A stretch of 30,240 nt of DNA from a virus (lineage: Duplodnaviria > Caudoviricetes): IMG/VR virus record IMGVR_UViG_3300033076_000936, positions 1-30,240 of that record. The stretch is one strand, 5' to 3'. The position numbers were made by a program, and so were the translations under genes. Below, piece by piece: positions 26,401 through 30,240 of this stretch. The notes below the pieces were generated by a model. It ran no database searches. It was not told where the DNA came from and was given only the letters and a program-made list of their open reading frames with translations. Positions within the stretch are counted from its first letter, which is position 1, and the number at the start of each line of letters is the position of its first letter.

Positions 26401-29400
26401 TCAAATGCTGATAGCAATAGGGTTAACTATCACGGTGGTGTGTTAGGTAATAAATTTGTTTTAAACACATTAGGCCATAGAGCTGGGTTTGTTTCTATCC
26501 CTAGAGTTTGGGCTGCATTTATTGGTGGATTATTATGGCGCAATGACATTTCTGAACCAATTTACGATTCATTATCAAATGCTCAAATTGGTGGTGGTTC
26601 TGGTCAAGTAGACCCTATTAATTTTTACGAAATTTCTGGGTATGATGAAGATAATCAAGCAATTTATGATTACTATTTCATTAGTAATAATGAATTAGGT
26701 GCCGACCCCGTTATTCCTAATAGATATCAATATCTTAGCAATGGTGAATTTAATTTAAATTTGATTAATTCTTTAACCGTAAACCCTTATATAGCAATTG
26801 AGGAAGTTATGTTGCAATTGCCAGAACAAGTTAAAAATGAGTTTAAAACAATATTCTTTCAATTTGCAGAAAATGACCTTAATAATGCTCCATTTGAAGT
26901 ACTTAAAGAAAAAGTTGAATTGATTGATGGTACCAACCAAGGTAGTACTTGGGACTCAAAATGGACATCTTTAAAAAATAACACAGAGTATGATGACGAT
27001 GATGAGATAACCTACTTAAAAACTAGTTATATAAAGTCAGCATATACTAAAACTTATGGTCAAAACAAAAAAGCTATTGACAATTATGTAGCTATGGGTA
27101 TGTATGTGTCTAGTGATGACCTTGTTTACGAATCAAAATATGATTTCTTTGCGGAATTTAAAGATGGGTCTGATGTATTTTTTGATTTAAACTATATCTT
27201 AAGTGAAGAACTTATTTTGATAAATAATAGTTATAGAATTTGGTCAGATAAATTAGTTGTAAACGATGGTGATAGCTATAACAATGCTTATGAAAATATT
27301 AAAGTAAACGAACAAGATTTTGATAATTACTTTAAAAAAGTTATTGAAAAATTACAGCCAGCTCAATCAACGGTAAACAATACTAAAAAAAATATTGAAC
27401 AAAGTATTTTTGGTACCGATAACGAAGAAGTAATCAAATTCCAACTTTATAGAACGTGTAAAAACATTTATGATAAGTGGATTGGTGGTACCAGTAGTAT
27501 TGAAAACATTATTTTTAAAAATGGACCAAATTATAGAAATAGTATTGATGCTGAAATTGCAAAATATAGGGCTAAAAATTATTCTGCATCTGATGTCAAG
27601 GTAAGTTCAGACCCTAAATTTATTGATAGTTTTAGGTTTGTTAATCGCTCATTTAGGGATATAGGTGATAAACTTTATGTTAACCCTAAAGAAGTCGCTG
27701 ACAACGCAAAGTTCAATCCTAATAATAGTTTTTATGATATAGTAACAAACATGTTATCTCAAAACTATTTTGATTTTATAGCTTTACCAAACTACATCAA
27801 CTACACTGATTTGAATGAATTGGGTAAAATGTTTGAACCAATCAATAATCAAGAAGAATTTAGTTCTGGTGCTACTGGACCTTCATTTGTTTGTGTTTAT
27901 GCTGGTCAAACATCTAAACATTTAGATTTTAATGACTCTGAATACCCAAATGATGGTATTGATTTTATTTGTGGGGATAAAACATTCCCACCACAAAACG
28001 CACCAGATTTTTCAAATGAAATGAATCAACACGAAAACAATGTTGCTGTTTTTGCTGTAAATTTCAGTCAACAAAATCAAAATATTTTTAAAGACATTAC
28101 TTTGGACCAAAGTGAATTTAGTGAAACGGCTGAATCATTAAAAATAACTGATGAAATATCTAGTAAATTAGGTGAAAATAGAGCAACATTTGGTGGTCAA
28201 AATATGTACAATGTTTATTCAGTTAGAAGCTACAAAACAGAAGTTGAAATGATGGGTAACGCCATGGTTCAACCGATGATGTACTTCCAATTAAATAATA
28301 TACCTATGTTCCACGGTGCATATATGATTACACATGTTAAACATTCTTTAAAACCTAACAACATGTCAACTGTGTTTACAGGTGTTAGAATTAGAAATAT
28401 TGAAACGCCACTCCTTAGTGTGTCTGAATTGTATATGCCGTTGTTGAATAGCATACAATTAGCAAACAATAGTGTAAGCACTTCAACATCATCTTTTGAT
28501 AGTGAAATGTTTGTTGTACCAGATTCAGCTGTTGCAAATTTATTTGAAGACCCATTTGAAAATAACAAAACAGTTGTTGTTAGAAGCATACCAAAACAAT
28601 CTAGAACTATCGATAACACTACAAGACCTCACTTAGGAACTGACTTTGATGTAGCACAAAGTACAAATCTTAAAGCTATTTATGGCGGTACGATAGAATT
28701 TGTAAGATATGATGCTAAAGGTTATGGTTTATATGTTGTTATTAATCACGGTAAGATAAACAATATTGTTTATAAATCTGTTTATGGACACGTTTCTGAA
28801 TTAGACGCTGGATTATTCGGAACTATGACTCAAGACATGATAAATAACATATTAAAAGGTTATAACCCAAAAATTACTGTTCAAAAAGGTAAAATATTTG
28901 GTAAGAGTGGTGGTAAACAAGGCGCTGCATATTTGGATACCGCCAACAAAAAGTATGACACTGCTGGTAACTCAACAGGTGCTCACGTACATTTTGAATT
29001 AAGAATAGGTGATACTGATAAATACTGGCATGATTTAAAACCAGTATTTTGTGTTCCTTATTTACCAATGAGTGCCTATGCAACGTATCCAAATGGTCAA
29101 ACACCGCCAGTACTTAACTCTAGCAATGGTGTTGTAAATGGTTCTAGCGCTGATTATTGGTCACTTGTTGCACTTTGTACTTTAGAAAATTCAACAGACC
29201 AAGGTAGAGCTGACGTTGCGCAATCTGTTTATAATAGGTTTGCTTCTAAAAAATATAGCAATGGAAATTCAATAAAAGGATTGATTATTAGTCCTGGTCA
29301 GTATCAACCAGTATCTGCTGCTGTTGCAGAATTTAATGCATGTAATACTAAAGAACTAGCTATATTAGCTGTTATGAAAGCTAAAGGTTGGGATAATGCA

Positions 29401-29673
29401 ACCGCTGCTAATGAAATAAATAAGACAGTTTCTGCTTTGAATAATCAAACGTTAGTAAACTCATCTAAATCGTTTATAGGTGGTAGAACTGACTTTTATT
29501 CTACATCTATTCAAAACGTAGAACCTTATAAATCACATTTGGCTAACGGTAAAAACAAAAACGTAACAAGAGATAACCAAATATTTGGTTGGTTTGTTGG
29601 TCCAGGGGCAATTGCTTATGGTGACACAAATCCTTCAGCTGCGTCAAAACCAGATTTTAATAATGTAGCATAA
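23395..29673 (+). CDS. 2092-aa baseplate hub / tail-associated lysin with C-terminal M23 peptidase and SleB-like (Hydrolase_2) domains
   Basis: Hub-like N-terminus (LGITSIDIDF...INFVDVRG) and a later segment (EMMGNAMVQPMMYFQLNNIPMFHGAYMITHVKH). M23 motifs HLGTD, GYGLYVVINH, YGH and HVHFE. SleB-like LCTLEN...VAQSVYNR...IISPGQYQP. Confidence 0.8.
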   Translation: MANDLNPKTIGCSAGKTILVDPNNFDGHSSSSNISVPLEDLSIYVQLETTKRARTILQTGGQTNTKGFKVNFIEGTSDNTTGNQRVLTTRYTDLTTDFSDPSDGETLGITSIDIDFNTSYAPLVVINFVDVRGTSIFQNEGQLMSSKFSTLFQIPYPIFTLTIKGYYGMPVKYDLHMTKFNAKFNSKTGNFEITANFVGYTYAFLSDMLIGYLRAIPHTAVGSETFKDYAKARPYILKIDDLIQAISTIDSTLSKLKAEDSEVQSYTNINEKLENYDNFYFVINTFGNSVGHIKDQNEYKFIILRNDFTATDTLNSHIDTYNTSMKKEVDDFNASSIKIDIDSVSSSNFKIYQNVSYDILNSEDQKVIDTWPQSLKTDTLRREQLISYFSKVGRTDVVTIYDLTDVYDSLSVKKTELQKTVESEELKIGEKVRLQIKTLLKGLDPTIRNIVEIFTASVEVFMESLFKVSETALSSAKREAQLKKLVNKNALDSISKLDYLSDSTSNIGKNSSSGEQEKIFYPWPEYRDKSDTEKTFVETYLGKLGVLDTPSDVTELNFIDDLLNGFITSQKLASNAEIQEEKNKSTWYPVNPLDTKIFFQNYPYTRINNTNLNEIVANSVIRAMIFMGISNEILTPEEIEQFASVEADMIFEDTDDKIKANLTNLTLQNFKDAFAKYKANVSTSIIKHIDKVENVSDAGYEYQYMFDNFTMKLFPFSHGDNNSLDFSLEPNTTKTLEYFNTDKTNNIFLTNYSTTNVFVGKSFSDYQDIVESNNFSGQQLFKKVEDGSMFVKILSPNFVNGFVQPFKTPITTNPIAHNYSILTTKSQVEIKELTLKKENGSYGIDFGQFSGSFGVPEFYKAVFPIPELGESAPYRIGFFNGVYQNIGENILLKNQGYSRRTKTTKIDLSNSKVPIFNGNDFAFDEDYASEDYFPRNNFGNPLMLKKIIDNDVSEISFPYLLYKNADDNYINIFTSRLYYKQKTNLAKAFLFLHSLPLAGLTTSNADSNRVNYHGGVLGNKFVLNTLGHRAGFVSIPRVWAAFIGGLLWRNDISEPIYDSLSNAQIGGGSGQVDPINFYEISGYDEDNQAIYDYYFISNNELGADPVIPNRYQYLSNGEFNLNLINSLTVNPYIAIEEVMLQLPEQVKNEFKTIFFQFAENDLNNAPFEVLKEKVELIDGTNQGSTWDSKWTSLKNNTEYDDDDEITYLKTSYIKSAYTKTYGQNKKAIDNYVAMGMYVSSDDLVYESKYDFFAEFKDGSDVFFDLNYILSEELILINNSYRIWSDKLVVNDGDSYNNAYENIKVNEQDFDNYFKKVIEKLQPAQSTVNNTKKNIEQSIFGTDNEEVIKFQLYRTCKNIYDKWIGGTSSIENIIFKNGPNYRNSIDAEIAKYRAKNYSASDVKVSSDPKFIDSFRFVNRSFRDIGDKLYVNPKEVADNAKFNPNNSFYDIVTNMLSQNYFDFIALPNYINYTDLNELGKMFEPINNQEEFSSGATGPSFVCVYAGQTSKHLDFNDSEYPNDGIDFICGDKTFPPQNAPDFSNEMNQHENNVAVFAVNFSQQNQNIFKDITLDQSEFSETAESLKITDEISSKLGENRATFGGQNMYNVYSVRSYKTEVEMMGNAMVQPMMYFQLNNIPMFHGAYMITHVKHSLKPNNMSTVFTGVRIRNIETPLLSVSELYMPLLNSIQLANNSVSTSTSSFDSEMFVVPDSAVANLFEDPFENNKTVVVRSIPKQSRTIDNTTRPHLGTDFDVAQSTNLKAIYGGTIEFVRYDAKGYGLYVVINHGKINNIVYKSVYGHVSELDAGLFGTMTQDMINNILKGYNPKITVQKGKIFGKSGGKQGAAYLDTANKKYDTAGNSTGAHVHFELRIGDTDKYWHDLKPVFCVPYLPMSAYATYPNGQTPPVLNSSNGVVNGSSADYWSLVALCTLENSTDQGRADVAQSVYNRFASKKYSNGNSIKGLIISPGQYQPVSAAVAEFNACNTKELAILAVMKAKGWDNATAANEINKTVSALNNQTLVNSSKSFIGGRTDFYSTSIQNVEPYKSHLANGKNKNVTRDNQIFGWFVGPGAIAYGDTNPSAASKPDFNNVA

Positions 29674-29675
29674 AC

Positions 29676-29706
29676 TTGCATTTTAACTAAAAGTTTCGTA
29701 CCTTTG
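29676..29706 (+). promoter_or_regulatory. Bacteroidota-type housekeeping sigma promoter
   Basis: TTG (29676-29678), 20-nt spacer, TACCTTTG (29699-29706). It shares the CTTG...CGTAnnTTTGCAA context of the promoter at 18794. Confidence 0.75.
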
Positions 29707-29710
29707 CAAG

Positions 29711-30240
29711 ATGAAGATAGGGAACATAGTCACAACTAGTAAGATAGATGTGCCAGAAGATTTTAACGTGGTAAAATCCGTTGATGAAATAATTGACGGA
29801 TTACCAACGTTAATCATTGGATATGACTATGTTAACAAACATTATCCAGACTTTGATATCACAGATATGCGCTTGGGTGATAATTTGTATTGGACTTTTA
29901 AGAAAACAGAAAAGAGAGATAATTACGAACAAGACCTTAACCGATTCATATCAAAGACTTATCATGAATATATGGATAACGTTGTTTATCTATTTGTCGA
30001 CCCAATTCATTACAGAGGTAAAACGTTTGTTAAAATTATCAGAAAAATATATTCTTTAAAGAATAGTATTGCGTTCATCAACAATGACATGGCATACATT
30101 TATGGCGATAATTATATCTTTGGTATAGATTTAAAATTATTAAGGTACATGGGGTTAGATTCCGATAAAATAAAATCTAAGATAAAGTCCGTCAGTACTG
30201 TATTTTTGGACAATTCCGATATACTTATAGAATATAAAAA
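29711..30240 (+). CDS. Unknown protein, 3' truncated (absent from the ORF track)
   Basis: ATG 29711 opens MKIGNIVTTSKIDVPEDFNVVKSVDEIIDGLPTLIIGYDYVNKHYPDFDI...LYWTFKKTEKRD..., with no stop before the window end (>176 aa). Confidence 0.8.
   Translation, partial: MKIGNIVTTSKIDVPEDFNVVKSVDEIIDGLPTLIIGYDYVNKHYPDFDITDMRLGDNLYWTFKKTEKRDNYEQDLNRFISKTYHEYMDNVVYLFVDPIHYRGKTFVKIIRKIYSLKNSIAFINNDMAYIYGDNYIFGIDLKLLRYMGLDSDKIKSKIKSVSTVFLDNSDILIEYK

Noticed and set aside
7949-29104. Remaining short overlapping ORFs inside the sheath, 789-aa, tape measure and baseplate genes
   Set aside because: They are fully nested in long genes, have atypical composition, and lack promoter or start context.
7569-29673. 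Bacterial extracellular contractile injection system or tailocin instead of a phage
   Set aside because: The long tape measure, gp26/gp51-like pair, dedicated late-type motif and lack of an Afp15-like ATPase favour a phage. It cannot be fully excluded because no head genes are in the window.
19016-29673. Inteins or introns explaining the very long baseplate genes
   Set aside because: The frames are uninterrupted, and I saw no intein splice-junction or LAGLIDADG/HNH motifs.
29817-30059. 80-aa ORF in the track
   Set aside because: It lies out of frame within the longer ORF starting at 29711, which has a promoter and a natural-looking sequence.
1-30240. Stop-codon reassignment (seen in some large phages)
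   Set aside because: Genes are long and densely packed under the standard code. Stops are TAA except one TGA. No TAG stop is seen, but no gene is interrupted by TAG either, so there is no positive evidence.

Overview
This AT-rich window (about one-third GC by eye) is almost entirely + strand and reads as the tail and baseplate module of a large contractile-tailed phage (myovirus). The host is probably Bacteroidota: there are two matches to the TTG-N20-TAnnTTTG host promoter and A-rich translation starts with no evident Shine-Dalgarno. Gene order: end of a fibre-like gene, LamG/ConA-like lectin, 978-aa repeat-rich fibre, 139-aa protein, three tandem Gly-rich paralogues, an unannotated divergent 50-aa RHH-like gene, tail sheath, two unknown genes, tail tube, an unannotated 37-aa basic ORF, a chaperone/hub-assembly gene pair overlapping at a T7G slippery site, an unknown gene, tape measure, a promoter/AT-rich/terminator unit with no ORF, a 1355-aa baseplate protein with an OmpA-like insert, a LysM wedge protein, a 2092-aa hub with M23 and SleB-like domains, and the start of an unannotated host-promoter-driven gene. 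A TATTTATA motif precedes most transcription units. The best leads are the RHH gene with its operator-like repeats, the ORF-less transcription unit (small RNA or R-loop origin), the +1/-2 frameshift, a shared N-terminal signal on three unrelated proteins, and the triple adhesin cassette. All calls come from reading motifs by eye; no database search was run.
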